A stretch of 64,000 nucleotides of DNA from a virus, in IMG/VR virus record IMGVR_UViG_3300022719_000152, positions 54,794 through 118,793 of that record. One strand, written 5' to 3'. Under the pieces are notes generated by a model. It was not told where the DNA came from. It saw nothing but the letters and a program-made list of their open reading frames with translations, and did not search any database. The position numbers were made by a program, and so were the translations under genes. This document shows positions 8,950 to 18,973 of this stretch, piece by piece. Every line of letters begins with the position of its first letter. Positions within the stretch are counted from its first letter, which is position 1.

Positions 8950-9164
8950 GTACCTCCTCCATGCCTTCTAAGATTAGGTTGCACCACCGAGTGAGCTCGC
9001 TAATCGGCATGGTTCTCTTCATAAAATTTACTCGATTACAGCACAGAACAACATTGTTTTCCGTTCTTGCACTTATGGAATTCGCCCAAGGGATTCCAGA
9101 CGCGGCACTTCGTACACTCTTTGCCAAGAGATGTAACCGTTGCCACTTGTGTCTGGTTAGCCAC
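8939..9164 (-). pseudogene. Internally deleted HNH-type endonuclease remnant
   Basis: AAAGGAG RBS and GTG open KECTKCRVWNPLGEFHKCKNG, then a stop. Another frame carries NVVLCCNRVNFMKRTMPISELTRWC. Confidence 0.55.
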
Positions 9165-9219
9165 CTGAGCTCTCTCCTTTACGTTCTAGCCTACCAGTTC
9201 CTCTATCCTACAGCGATAC

Positions 9220-10023
9220 TCAGCGGTAGGTGATTTCGAGGAAGACCTTGTCGGTAACCACCGGGTCGGTAGCTCCATCATCTAGGCCCACGGTCACCGC
9301 ATTACGAGCCGGGACATTGGTCAAAACAATGGAAGCCGCCTTTCCAGTGACATCCACATCACCCGCTGCATCGGTGACGTAGAGAACCTGTGAGCTCACA
9401 AGCTCGCCGGGGGCTACTACGTCAAAATCAGTAGCGAGATTGACAGCATCGACGTCGATCTCATGGACGACCTTCTTGGTGCTGACATTGCCGCCAGTGC
9501 GATTCAGGTTCTCATGGTCCCACGTCGCAGTGTCTGTGAGACTTTCTGCCAAGGCCACATTGGGCTTGGGACCAGGCAGAGGGTCTCCGCCGGGCTTGTT
9601 GGACCACTCGACTCGCAGGAAGTCAGTGTTGTAGGCCGAGCCCCTCACATTCTCCTCCCCGTGGCCAGAAGACTCCGTGCCAATGGTAGAGGTGCGGTTC
9701 ATGGCCGCAATGATGTTGAGGAGCTGCTGAGCAGCACTACCGCCGACCAGGACCTCAATGCCGCCAGCCACGCCGGCGCCGATAGTGTCCACGAACTCGT
9801 AGACGTCCCCGCCGATGGTGACCGTGTCACCTTCCGTAGCTTGGACGTCGAGCTGGAGATGGGCAGCGGCTACTGCAGCCCCGGAGACTTCTGCCTCCAT
9901 CGCTTGAAAGCCCTCATCGACGTCGCCGCGTAGGTCATTGACCTCGCCAGACAAACCGCCACTGCCACGAACCAGGTGTGCGAGCTCCGGGGACTGAGCC
10001 CCAAAAGATCTTGAATCTCCCAT
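9220..10023 (-). CDS. Virion structural protein (putative)
   Basis: Acidic, beta-rich protein between sheath and tube. AAGGAG RBS. Confidence 0.55.
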   Translation of the reverse strand: MGDSRSFGAQSPELAHLVRGSGGLSGEVNDLRGDVDEGFQAMEAEVSGAAVAAAHLQLDVQATEGDTVTIGGDVYEFVDTIGAGVAGGIEVLVGGSAAQQLLNIIAAMNRTSTIGTESSGHGEENVRGSAYNTDFLRVEWSNKPGGDPLPGPKPNVALAESLTDTATWDHENLNRTGGNVSTKKVVHEIDVDAVNLATDFDVVAPGELVSSQVLYVTDAAGDVDVTGKAASIVLTNVPARNAVTVGLDDGATDPVVTDKVFLEITYR

Positions 10024-10043
10024 GGGTATTCTCCTTATTACAC

Positions 10044-13000
10044 CTAAATCACAAGAGTGATACGGATGAAATTTGCAGGGAAGGGTACATCCAAGGTGAT
10101 GTCTACCAGAATCGTGTCTGGCTGGTCAGCATCCTGAATGATGTTGTTGATATCCGCTCCGATCAAAACCCCAGACTCCGACAAGAAGTCGAGCTGCCCC
10201 TGGATGACCGTTGAGAGGTTATCCAGGAACGGCTGGGTAATGTTGGAGCGGCCGATGAAGTTCCGCAGGCCAGACCGGAGGAACTTCGCTGTGAAGTCCA
10301 CCACCTTGGTGATGGACAGCTCTCGCTTTTCAATGGACGTGGTGTCCGTAGAGAGCTGGTGTCGGGCAATGACTGGAGCTCCCTGAGCATCCTGTACCAG
10401 GATGTAGACACCACCAGCAGCGATGATGTTGAGCTGACTGTTCTTGAAACGGTCATTCGACCCAACGATGCCGGTGAGTCCCGTGATCGGGAAGTTGGTG
10501 AAGCCCTGCTGTGGTGGCTGCTGCCCCACCATGCCGACGATGCACGCCGTGGCGTAGTAGCCCTCCACCAACTGCTCGAGGCCCGTGGTGTTGATACGGA
10601 CCTGGTCAGGGAAGACGTAGAACGCACGGCGATTGCCGAAGGCAGAGGCCGCAGTTTGAATCGTCTCCGAGACGAGCTGATTGTCGGGGTTGGTTGTTCC
10701 CGCAACCAGGAGCTGCTCTCCGCGAATCCTGACCGACCAATCATCGCTGATGACGGTGCTTGGGAAGGCAGTCTCAGCATAGAAGCCGTCAGGATTCTCT
10801 CCCGTAGCAAACGAGGTCCGGACCTTGACCAGCGTACCGGAGACAACTTCCGTGACGAGGTAGTTGTTGTCATCCCCGCCGAGGTCGAGAAAGATCTCAT
10901 TCTCGATGGCCCCGGTGGTTGGGTTGAGGGGCAGGTTGGGGTCCAAGCCTTCAGCAATGAGCTGGGGAGCCAGGTTGACCTCAACCGTCACCTCGTCGGG
11001 TGTGGCGGTGGTGTTGGCATCGGTACCCGAGCCAACGATGGTGTCCACCGCACGATCTGGGATCTCCGGATTGAAGAGGTAGATGCGCTCGCCCTTGTTC
11101 TCGGGCTGAGACATTGCATCAACATGAGTGATGCCGGTCTGGTGTACCACTGAGAGCTGGGACGCCGTGGCCAGCGCGTAGACCTCTTCATTCTCCAAGA
11201 ACTCGAAAGCCTTCGCATAGCCCACAGGAGTGCCGTCTGGGGCGTCAGCAGACGTTTCAGGCACGCCAATGGCAGACACAGTCACCGATGGTGCGTTGAG
11301 TAGCGACAGAAAGGTCATCAGAGACCCGGGGTTGTCGGTGCTGATGGGAGGAGCCACCTGCTCGAGCGTGGTCACGTCGTCGAACGTGAGTAGCGCCGGA
11401 TCGTCGGCATCGGGGCTCAAGTCGAGCCGCAAGCCCTTGTACGCAATGGAAATGGGGGCAAACCCCGGGTTGAAGGGGGTTCCGGTCAGGCCATCTCTCA
11501 GGATCTGCCCCTGCAGAAGGACGTTACCATTGATGTCCACGGCCATGTCGGGCGCAGGCCGTCCATTGCCTACCGTAGTGGTGTCATCGGTGAACCCAAG
11601 GATGGGGTTGGAGGTACCGTCACCCACAGTGACCTCAGAGGCCTCTCCCACCTTCTGGCTGGTGAGCTCCAGGAATGGAGGCGCGTCGCTCGAGGCAGCG
11701 GCCACGCCAGGCGTGAGCTCATTGATCTTGTCGAGGACTTGCTGGAGAGAGGTACCGTTGTCATCCTCGTCGGTTGTGAAGGTGACTTGGTAGACCCGAG
11801 GATTCTGGTCCAGAGACCAGCGGAACGAGGTTCCGTTGAGGTCGGTATCAGTACCTGCATTAAGAGTCGGAGGTGTTGCATCCCAGAAACCAGCCGAATC
11901 GGCCGTGAGATTGATGGATGCTGTGGTGCCTACATTGGCATTCCGAGTACGGAAAGAGATGTGGCCACCCGTGGCACTGGGCACACCGGCCGCATCAGAG
12001 CGGTAGGCCTCAGTGTAGCTGGCCTGCGAGTTGAAGTCTGCCACGATGGCATCTTCATCCCCGTTGACGCCAAAAGTGATGGTCTCAGCGCCCTTACCGA
12101 CACCCAAAACGGTGGGTGTATACGTGATCGACTCGCCGCCAGCCGTGGAGCCCAAAGGAGCCAAGCTGACGAAGAAGGCGGGGGTGCCGGGCTGGTACCG
12201 GATGTTCTCCCCGACGTCGCCCACAGGCAAAGAGCTGAAACCCAGCGTCATGCCACCGGTCTGGGCCACCAAAGTGAGAGAGGCCCCACTGCCTGTGTTA
12301 TCGGCCTTCGTGCGAAGACCAATGTGGGTGACGATGGAAGCATCCACTTCATCACCCACATCGTTGGCATTGAACGCTTCGAAATCGATGTCAGGGGTGC
12401 CGTTGATGCCGGCGATAATGGCAGGAATGTCTGCCCAACCTGCTCCTGAGCTCACCGTCTGAGTGGCCTGGACCTCCCCGTCCACGATCACATTGACGTC
12501 GAAGGTCTCTGAAGCGCCAATAGGCGTCGTGGGAGTAGCCTGACCTACGATGAACGCAGGGGTAGCGTCAGCGGTCTGCTGAGTGCCCGTCTGGGTCGCT
12601 GCTGAGCTTGCCGTGGGGGCCGGGAAGGTCAGATCGTTGGCACGCAACCACACTCGCCGCGGGGCAAAGCCTGCATCAGCCGACAGGAGGTTTTGCTCGA
12701 CCTCCATGGTGAGGGTGTCGGACTCCACAGCTTCGATGTCCCCAATGAGTACACCGTCGGCAACGACAGAGTCACCAGCCAAGATGTTGGAATCGTTGAA
12801 GTTTGGAGCAGTAATGACAGTACTATCACCGGCACTGAGGAGCTTCTGGGTGGTACCTTCGTAGACCTGCAAACGAGGGCTCTGAAGGTCACTGTCACTG
12901 TCATCAGAAGCGTAGAAGCCCGAACCTACGGCGATTTCGTCCTCGGCCGCAGAGAAGCCCAGGCCGTCAGCCACAGCATTGGCAGAACCCGTGCTGCGAA

Positions 13001-13661
13001 CAACGACAGATGCTCCTGCGCCATAGCGGGTGGATCGGAGGCCTAGGACATCCGCAGCGCCTCCTACGACGTCACCAGTGACTGCCAAGCCCGGGATTAC
13101 AGCGTTGATCTGGGTGATAACTTCGGCCAGCGTGAGCGTGCCTCCTGAGATGGCCGCTGCGAAGGTGATGGTGACGTCATCGGCCACGGGAATATTGCCC
13201 GCGGTCACCGGTACCGCTGTGTGGCTGTCGATATTGAGGATGAGGGTACGGCCATCCACGTCGAAGCCGCCGCCGGGCTCAGAGGTGGCCCCCAAAACGA
13301 AGGGACGAGTGGCCACGTCGGGATCGAGGAACGACGTCAAAAATGCCTGTTCACGAGAGATCTCGATGAGGGTACCGCCAAAATCGAAGAAGGTGCGGAT
13401 GGTCTCTTCGTCTACATCGACCTCATCAATGTTGCCTCGAGGAGAGGGGAAGGAAGACTGGGAGACACTGAGCTCGAGTTGGTTGTAGTTGTCCCCGATG
13501 ACGGCTTCATCGTTCAGGGTGCCGTCGGTGTTCAGGACCTCGATGACCTCGAAGAATGGTGCAATGTTGCATGGAACGAGGGTCGGAGTGACGATGGTCG
13601 GTGAAACCGACTGAAACTCTTGTACGACCTCTACGCCTGGTCTGGGAAGTTGAGCCGCCAT
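10044..13661 (-). CDS. Contractile tail sheath protein with a large central insertion
   Basis: N-terminal LPRPGVEVVQEF, and a C-terminal sheath domain (IARHQLSTDT...RELSITKVVDF...VPFPANFIRITLVI). Confidence 0.85.
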   Translation of the reverse strand: MAAQLPRPGVEVVQEFQSVSPTIVTPTLVPCNIAPFFEVIEVLNTDGTLNDEAVIGDNYNQLELSVSQSSFPSPRGNIDEVDVDEETIRTFFDFGGTLIEISREQAFLTSFLDPDVATRPFVLGATSEPGGGFDVDGRTLILNIDSHTAVPVTAGNIPVADDVTITFAAAISGGTLTLAEVITQINAVIPGLAVTGDVVGGAADVLGLRSTRYGAGASVVVRSTGSANAVADGLGFSAAEDEIAVGSGFYASDDSDSDLQSPRLQVYEGTTQKLLSAGDSTVITAPNFNDSNILAGDSVVADGVLIGDIEAVESDTLTMEVEQNLLSADAGFAPRRVWLRANDLTFPAPTASSAATQTGTQQTADATPAFIVGQATPTTPIGASETFDVNVIVDGEVQATQTVSSGAGWADIPAIIAGINGTPDIDFEAFNANDVGDEVDASIVTHIGLRTKADNTGSGASLTLVAQTGGMTLGFSSLPVGDVGENIRYQPGTPAFFVSLAPLGSTAGGESITYTPTVLGVGKGAETITFGVNGDEDAIVADFNSQASYTEAYRSDAAGVPSATGGHISFRTRNANVGTTASINLTADSAGFWDATPPTLNAGTDTDLNGTSFRWSLDQNPRVYQVTFTTDEDDNGTSLQQVLDKINELTPGVAAASSDAPPFLELTSQKVGEASEVTVGDGTSNPILGFTDDTTTVGNGRPAPDMAVDINGNVLLQGQILRDGLTGTPFNPGFAPISIAYKGLRLDLSPDADDPALLTFDDVTTLEQVAPPISTDNPGSLMTFLSLLNAPSVTVSAIGVPETSADAPDGTPVGYAKAFEFLENEEVYALATASQLSVVHQTGITHVDAMSQPENKGERIYLFNPEIPDRAVDTIVGSGTDANTTATPDEVTVEVNLAPQLIAEGLDPNLPLNPTTGAIENEIFLDLGGDDNNYLVTEVVSGTLVKVRTSFATGENPDGFYAETAFPSTVISDDWSVRIRGEQLLVAGTTNPDNQLVSETIQTAASAFGNRRAFYVFPDQVRINTTGLEQLVEGYYATACIVGMVGQQPPQQGFTNFPITGLTGIVGSNDRFKNSQLNIIAAGGVYILVQDAQGAPVIARHQLSTDTTSIEKRELSITKVVDFTAKFLRSGLRNFIGRSNITQPFLDNLSTVIQGQLDFLSESGVLIGADINNIIQDADQPDTILVDITLDVPFPANFIRITLVI

Positions 13662-13664
13662 GGG

Positions 13665-14471
13665 TTACTCCTCGTCAACAGGTTCTGTTTCAACAACTGT
13701 TTGGACGAACGCTGTCTCAGGTGGATCTAACGGCACCGTATTTACTGGCACCCCTTTGACAGCGGGAGGACGCAGTTTGTTCTGCCTCCCTGCAGAGTAT
13801 AAAGGCGAAGCCGAGTCCACCCTCAGTGACAGCTGCATGCGTCTCCAAACTTCAGACGGTTTCTTTATACGCCACTGGGGCTGCCAATAGAACGGAATAT
13901 TTACGACCACCTCTACCAATTCGTTCTCTGACAGTGCCCCATCGCGTGAGGCGGCAAATTGAGTGACCGGCCCTTCAGGAGAAATGTTGTGCTGGACCCC
14001 CACATGATGGAGCCCACCTATGCGCATAAGTATGCGTCGTAGTTGGTTTGTCGAGATAGAGGCGAAGAACGCGATTCTCCGGGCGACCACGCCCTCTTTG
14101 GCCTGGCAGTGGTAGGACATGGTCATCGGCATTAAATCCGTATGTTGTCGCTCACCGGTCGAAACCTGCAATTTTTGGAGCTGATCTAGCCCCATCCCGG
14201 TCCACCGACCGCCGCCAAGTACACATGTTATGTGCGGTCTTTTCTCAATCTCCTCTAGCTTGGGCTTCTCACCCGTGATGAGAAGCTCTGTGGTGGTGAG
14301 ATCGGGCCGCCAACGCATCCCGCTTCCTTCGGGGACATCTCGGAAGAGATTCTGCAGGAAGTAGACGAACAAGCGCTGCAGGTAGGTCATCGGATCGTTG
14401 GCGAGGGAGTCGTTGCCCTCGTTGTTTGGGTCGATCTCGAAATTACCGACTGTTACGCTTTTGCGGGGCAT
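13665..14471 (-). CDS. Putative tail terminator/neck protein
   Basis: Position upstream of the sheath and 268-aa length. Function inferred from synteny only. Confidence 0.4.
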   Translation of the reverse strand: MPRKSVTVGNFEIDPNNEGNDSLANDPMTYLQRLFVYFLQNLFRDVPEGSGMRWRPDLTTTELLITGEKPKLEEIEKRPHITCVLGGGRWTGMGLDQLQKLQVSTGERQHTDLMPMTMSYHCQAKEGVVARRIAFFASISTNQLRRILMRIGGLHHVGVQHNISPEGPVTQFAASRDGALSENELVEVVVNIPFYWQPQWRIKKPSEVWRRMQLSLRVDSASPLYSAGRQNKLRPPAVKGVPVNTVPLDPPETAFVQTVVETEPVDEE

Positions 14472-14757
14472 CGAACACCATCTTCGTGAGTTTATTGTTC
14501 AAGTGAGCTCCAAGGAGCCCCGTACCCACTGTAACACCAAACAGTAGTGCTGGGTTCTTGGCAATCGAGGGGGCGATTTTAGGGATGATCTTCTTGCCCG
14601 CTGCCCAGCCCAACGCTGTGCCTAGGCCAAAGCCCGGAGCGTGCTTGAAGATGATGTTCTTGGCGACGCGAGCAGCCTCTTCCTTGAAGGACTCTTTCTC
14701 CTGCTTGTCCTTAGCGATCTTGAGGAGCTCATCGGTGAATGCAGCCATCTCAGTCAT
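14443..14757 (-). CDS. Small membrane protein with an AFTDELLKIA leader and glycine-zipper helices
   Basis: Shared leader, plus hydrophobic segments GFGLGTALGWAAG and LLFGVTVGTGLLG. Confidence 0.65.
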   Translation of the reverse strand: MTEMAAFTDELLKIAKDKQEKESFKEEAARVAKNIIFKHAPGFGLGTALGWAAGKKIIPKIAPSIAKNPALLFGVTVGTGLLGAHLNNKLTKMVFDAPQKRNSR

Positions 14758-15650
14758 ACGAACTGCTTTCCTTTGAGGAGGTCGTCCACCTCATTGATTT
14801 GCTCTGGCTGTAGACTATGTGGCCTCGTGAAAGACCTTGAAGGGGCATGCTGCCGCAACTGGTCAAAATTCACCGGCAGCGCATAGCGAACGTCATCCGT
14901 TGGTATCGCCCACAGGTCTACCTCCTGTCGCACTGTCGCTCGCAGCTTCTCGGTTGGGGTAATCTTCTCGATATTCCACCGCTTGTTCTCTGCCTCAATG
15001 ATCATGTCCCCAGGTTTGAGTGGTGGGTACATGATGGTGCGAGCACTGGTCAACTTGAACTGGTGCTCCTTCAAATCGGTACGCTGTAGCACCTTGGGAT
15101 TGGGGTCGATCTGCATACCGATAGCCAACGGCTTGGCGTAGCCGCCGACAAAAGCAGTATCAAAGCATGAGGCACAGTTCTGCTGCACTTGCCTGCCCAA
15201 GTAGTTACCTCGAATACCCTCATCCCAGCAGCTCTTGCAGCGCTGACCGAAGGTGAGCCGTGGGTAGTGGAAAACCAATCGACCCGCCCACTCTCTCAAG
15301 AGAAGGTGCTCTCGACGAGCAATCTCCAGTGCAACTAGGTCAGGCTGCGCTCGTAGCCACTCAGGTCCGTAGATCTCTTCTCGGCCAGTAGGCCGGTGGA
15401 CCGTCTTGATTCTATAGAAGTAGGCTCGCCACTTGTGTAGGCGGTTCACCTCTGGGTCGCGAAAACGGTAGGTGTTGTAGAAAGGACCAGCAAGGGTCTT
15501 GTAAGGGCCCCCCATGCCGTCAACGCTGCGCTCTATGTAGAAGTCATACTCTTCTATGCGGGCGTCATCAAAGGAGTTGAGCTCCCAGAAGATGTCCAGG
15601 TGGTCCAAGTCATACGCTTGGACTTTGATCTTGGTGACCTCAACGGACAC
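14754..15650 (-). CDS. Putative head-closure/neck protein with CxxC pairs
   Basis: N-terminal beta-sandwich-like region, RCKSCWD...NCASCFDT, and GDMIIE. Lies in the head-tail region. Confidence 0.5.
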   Translation of the reverse strand: MSVEVTKIKVQAYDLDHLDIFWELNSFDDARIEEYDFYIERSVDGMGGPYKTLAGPFYNTYRFRDPEVNRLHKWRAYFYRIKTVHRPTGREEIYGPEWLRAQPDLVALEIARREHLLLREWAGRLVFHYPRLTFGQRCKSCWDEGIRGNYLGRQVQQNCASCFDTAFVGGYAKPLAIGMQIDPNPKVLQRTDLKEHQFKLTSARTIMYPPLKPGDMIIEAENKRWNIEKITPTEKLRATVRQEVDLWAIPTDDVRYALPVNFDQLRQHAPSRSFTRPHSLQPEQINEVDDLLKGKQFV

Positions 15651-15655
15651 AAAGG

Positions 15656-17254
15656 CTACTCCTTACTACGAGGAGTATACCCCATTGCCCGAGCCACGGC
15701 GCCAGCGCCGCGCTGTGCGCCCACGTTGTGAGCCTTCAAAGCACGAAGGATGGTGAGAGCTTGGTCGGCTGCAGCCTCTTCTTCACCATGTTGCTTTCCG
15801 CCCCTGGCGCCGAGGAAACCACCACCTCCTGCACCCAACAACCCGCCAGCAACAGCACCCGGTACCCCGCCGATGCGGTGACCAAGGTATCCAAGAGCAC
15901 CGCCACCTAGAAGACCGCCACCGACTCCACCTGCGACGGCTCCTCGACGGCCACGGGACTTGATGTCCTCACGGCCTTTGGCCTCCTCTAGCGACTCCCG
16001 GAGTTCCGACATTGGTACCGGAACCCCGCCCACATTGATGTGGGGAGCAGCAGAGATCTTAGAGAGGAGCTTGCTGGCAGTCTTCTCAACGGGCTTCATC
16101 GAGTCATCAGCCTTGCTGTCCAGGTGGGAACCGCCCTTCAAGTCGTTGTAGGCTTTCGAAGATTTCGTGCTCGCGAGGTAGCTCTTACCATGAGAAGGCT
16201 TCTTGTCGAGGGTGTCCCCACTTGAGGCAGTGTCTTTTGCAGCACTAGACTTACCCATCATGTAGCCAGCACCCGCTCCACCTGCAACTCCTGCGGCAGC
16301 TAGTGGGTTTCGCTTCACAGCATAGGTACCGAGCTGCCCAAGGTTCTTGGCCGCTTGTATTGGGTCGCCGCCCTTCACAGCGGTACTCACTGCTTGACCA
16401 GCACCCGTAGCTTGTTGTTTCATGCCCTTCACTGCTTTACCGCCCACAGTGCGGGCATCCATCAGGCTCTTCGGCCCTCTCTTGACTGATTGCTTTCCAG
16501 CCTTCAGTGCGGAGCCTCCAAAGGTCCTCAATCCCTTGAGGACCGCACTGACGCTCGCGTCCTTCTCCTTGGTTAGGTACTTCTTGGCAGCTTCCGGAGA
16601 GAATTCAGCGCTGAAGCCACCCCATGTAGGCGTGATGCCTCTTTCGGCTAGCCACTTTCGATCAGCTTCAGCGAGCCCCATGGTAGAGCCTATGCCGCCA
16701 CCTAGGAGGCCACCGCCAACTCCGCCGGCACCAGCCCCAACCAGTGCAGAGGGTAGTTTGGCCCCTTTTCTGGCGAGCAGAGCCCCTAGGATAGTGCCCG
16801 CGCCAGCTCCAATACCACCGCCATAGCCCATGCCCTTGAGGCCGCCTTTGAGCGAACCAATCCGTCGATTCCCAATCAATTCAGGGTGGGCTAGCAGCTT
16901 GTCGGACCCTTCAGCACCGGGAGCTCGCATTGCTCGAGACACACCCTTCTGCTTTTCCCACCAGCTTGGATCTTCAGCAGCCTTGTCCATGCCGGCGATG
17001 ACCTGGTCCATTTTGTTGAGAATCTCAGGGTCAGGGAGATTTTGAGCAGACGCCTTCTTCATCATGCCACAGGAGCACTTGTACATTTCGCCCGTCTTGG
17101 TCATCTCGCTGCCACACTTGGGGCAAGTCTGTTCGGCGACCTTGACGCCAGCGAACTTGATGAGCTCTTCAGTGCTGACGTTCTCGAACATGCGATGCTC
17201 AAATTGCTTCTGCTCTCGCTCTGCGTTGAGCCTGCTCAGGTAGTCATCCAGCAT
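15656..17254 (-). CDS. Gly/Ala-rich multi-module virion protein with many KxA sites
   Basis: Zn ribbon CPKC...CSC and several glycine-zipper segments separated by KFA/KVA/KKA/KAA/KDA/KTA/KIS sites. Confidence 0.7.
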   Translation of the reverse strand: MLDDYLSRLNAEREQKQFEHRMFENVSTEELIKFAGVKVAEQTCPKCGSEMTKTGEMYKCSCGMMKKASAQNLPDPEILNKMDQVIAGMDKAAEDPSWWEKQKGVSRAMRAPGAEGSDKLLAHPELIGNRRIGSLKGGLKGMGYGGGIGAGAGTILGALLARKGAKLPSALVGAGAGGVGGGLLGGGIGSTMGLAEADRKWLAERGITPTWGGFSAEFSPEAAKKYLTKEKDASVSAVLKGLRTFGGSALKAGKQSVKRGPKSLMDARTVGGKAVKGMKQQATGAGQAVSTAVKGGDPIQAAKNLGQLGTYAVKRNPLAAAGVAGGAGAGYMMGKSSAAKDTASSGDTLDKKPSHGKSYLASTKSSKAYNDLKGGSHLDSKADDSMKPVEKTASKLLSKISAAPHINVGGVPVPMSELRESLEEAKGREDIKSRGRRGAVAGGVGGGLLGGGALGYLGHRIGGVPGAVAGGLLGAGGGGFLGARGGKQHGEEEAAADQALTILRALKAHNVGAQRGAGAVARAMGYTPRSKE

Positions 17255-17810
17255 AGTAGCCTCCTTGTTGTGGCCGCGAAGGTTTCTTCAGAGCCATATA
17301 CCCTGCGACGGGGGCACCTAGGAAGGCACCACCTATCACAGTATCGAGTGTTTTGTTCATCCAATCAGGATGAGGAATTGCTTTGCCGGCCTTCGGCGCG
17401 CTCTTCATCGCCTTGGTTCCGGACTTTGCGACTTGTCTGCCAGCAGGTAGTAGCCTCTTGAGCTGACTCAAGAACGCAGCCTTCTCAATAGCTGCGAGCT
17501 TCACCCATCCACACTTCTTGCACTCTACGCCGTTCTCGGTCTCAACCTTCTGAGTCCCGCACTTCTCACACTTGCCCAGTGCAGAGAGCTTTAGAAGCCG
17601 ACCAAAAAGACCAGGGTCACGTCGTTGATTGAGCCGCTCGTTCATTCTCTGAGTTTTAGCTCGGGCTGCTTCCGCAACTTCAGGACCATCTTCTTTCCGC
17701 CACTTCATACGAGTCACGGCATCAGGTAGATCACCATGCTCTTGCACGTAGGCAATCTCCTTCTCTTCGAAGTTGGCCAACTTGGCCAGTATCTTACCGG
17801 CTTGAGTCAT
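17244..17810 (-). CDS. KxA-motif protein with a Zn ribbon and C-terminal hydrophobic helix
   Basis: Start MTQAG overlaps the upstream stop (TAATG). Contains CEKC...CKKC and WVKLAAIEKAAFL. Confidence 0.6.
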   Translation of the reverse strand: MTQAGKILAKLANFEEKEIAYVQEHGDLPDAVTRMKWRKEDGPEVAEAARAKTQRMNERLNQRRDPGLFGRLLKLSALGKCEKCGTQKVETENGVECKKCGWVKLAAIEKAAFLSQLKRLLPAGRQVAKSGTKAMKSAPKAGKAIPHPDWMNKTLDTVIGGAFLGAPVAGYMALKKPSRPQQGGYYAG

Positions 17811-17941
17811 TAGGGGGTGAACCAGAACAAGAACCAACGACCATCGCGCTCAACGATCTGAACGATGTCGGTTTGAGCAATGACTTGGTCGTTAACGAAC
17901 GTAACGAGCTCACCTGGGCTTTCAAAACTCTGTTGATTCAT
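17810..17941 (-). CDS. Small 43-aa protein (below the ORF-track cutoff)
   Basis: GGAGAG RBS, MNQQSFESPGELVTFVND...RWFLFWFTP, and translational coupling to the next gene. Confidence 0.6.
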   Translation of the reverse strand: MNQQSFESPGELVTFVNDQVIAQTDIVQIVERDGRWFLFWFTP

Positions 17942-17950
17942 CGGTCTCTC

Positions 17951-18481
17951 CTACAAGTACCCGAAGAAGCTGTTGATGAAGAACAGCTCTGAATGGACGC
18001 CGCCCACATTGGGGCTGAAGAGGTTCTCAATATTCAGCGCAGTGAGGGCCCTCTGTTTCTTCTGCTCATACTCCGACTTTGCCATCTGCAGCCAGGCCAT
18101 GATCATCTGGGGGTTCTCTGTCTGCACGTTGATGCCGCCATCCGAGTAGGCCAGGTAGTTGCGAAGGTGGAGGATGTTGAGCGACTCCATCGCAGTGATG
18201 GCCACCCCTTTCGTGAACAACGAAATCCACCCCCTCGATAATATCAAGTTGATGTCCTGACCAATGAAAGGCGGAGTCGATGCCCAGTCGGAGAGCGTAT
18301 CAATCACAGCCCAGAGCAGGTGCCGCGGGCTGTGATCGAAACCATCGGTGAGTCTGTTGAGCTCTGGGTAGTCACGGAGGCGGATGCGGGTGTACTCCGC
18401 CAGCTTCAGGAGATTCGGGTCTTCTAGTTCCGGAATCGTCCCTAGTGCTGATGCCCCTACTCCGCTACCCTGACCGCTCAC
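17951..18481 (-). CDS. Putative head-tail adaptor
   Basis: Helical protein after the capsid genes (IRLRDYPELNRL...YSDGGINV). GGAGG RBS. Function inferred from synteny. Confidence 0.5.
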   Translation of the reverse strand: MSGQGSGVGASALGTIPELEDPNLLKLAEYTRIRLRDYPELNRLTDGFDHSPRHLLWAVIDTLSDWASTPPFIGQDINLILSRGWISLFTKGVAITAMESLNILHLRNYLAYSDGGINVQTENPQMIMAWLQMAKSEYEQKKQRALTALNIENLFSPNVGGVHSELFFINSFFGYL

Positions 18482-18484
18482 GGT

Positions 18485-18970
18485 CTACCTCCGTTTTTTA
18501 CGACGCCGCCCGAACGAACTCCCTGAATCTTCGCCCTCATCGCTACCAGAGGACTCCTCGGACGAGTCTTCGTCCTTGGAGGTGTCTGCCTCAGCCTCAA
18601 CAGGCTCCGCCTCGACTGCAACCTCTTCCTTCGGAGGCTCAACAGTATCACCCAACTTGACTTCCACCTTCTCAGCAGCCTCGCCAGCAGCATCCTTCAC
18701 TGTCTGGCTGTGAGTACGGCCTACCCCCTTGGCGAGCTTCGCTCGAGGGGGCTTCTTCTTGCGAAGATAATGTGGAGGCGGGATCGGGCCGACGTGAAGG
18801 AGCTTGTTGTCGATGTCCTTTCGGGTCTTGTGAGCCTTTTTCAACCGCTCCTCATCAACCTTCACGCCCTGACCTGGGCGAAGGTTCTTCCCCAACACCA
18901 TCATGTTCCGAGGGGTGGCAGAAGTAGTGGTGTCGTCGGTGATGTTCCAGACTTTGACTTGCTTGGGCAT
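18485..18970 (-). CDS. Hypothetical protein with an acidic tail and terminal RRRKKRR
   Basis: GAGGAG RBS, 161 aa. Confidence 0.6.
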   Translation of the reverse strand: MPKQVKVWNITDDTTTSATPRNMMVLGKNLRPGQGVKVDEERLKKAHKTRKDIDNKLLHVGPIPPPHYLRKKKPPRAKLAKGVGRTHSQTVKDAAGEAAEKVEVKLGDTVEPPKEEVAVEAEPVEAEADTSKDEDSSEESSGSDEGEDSGSSFGRRRKKRR

Positions 18971-18973
18971 GAC

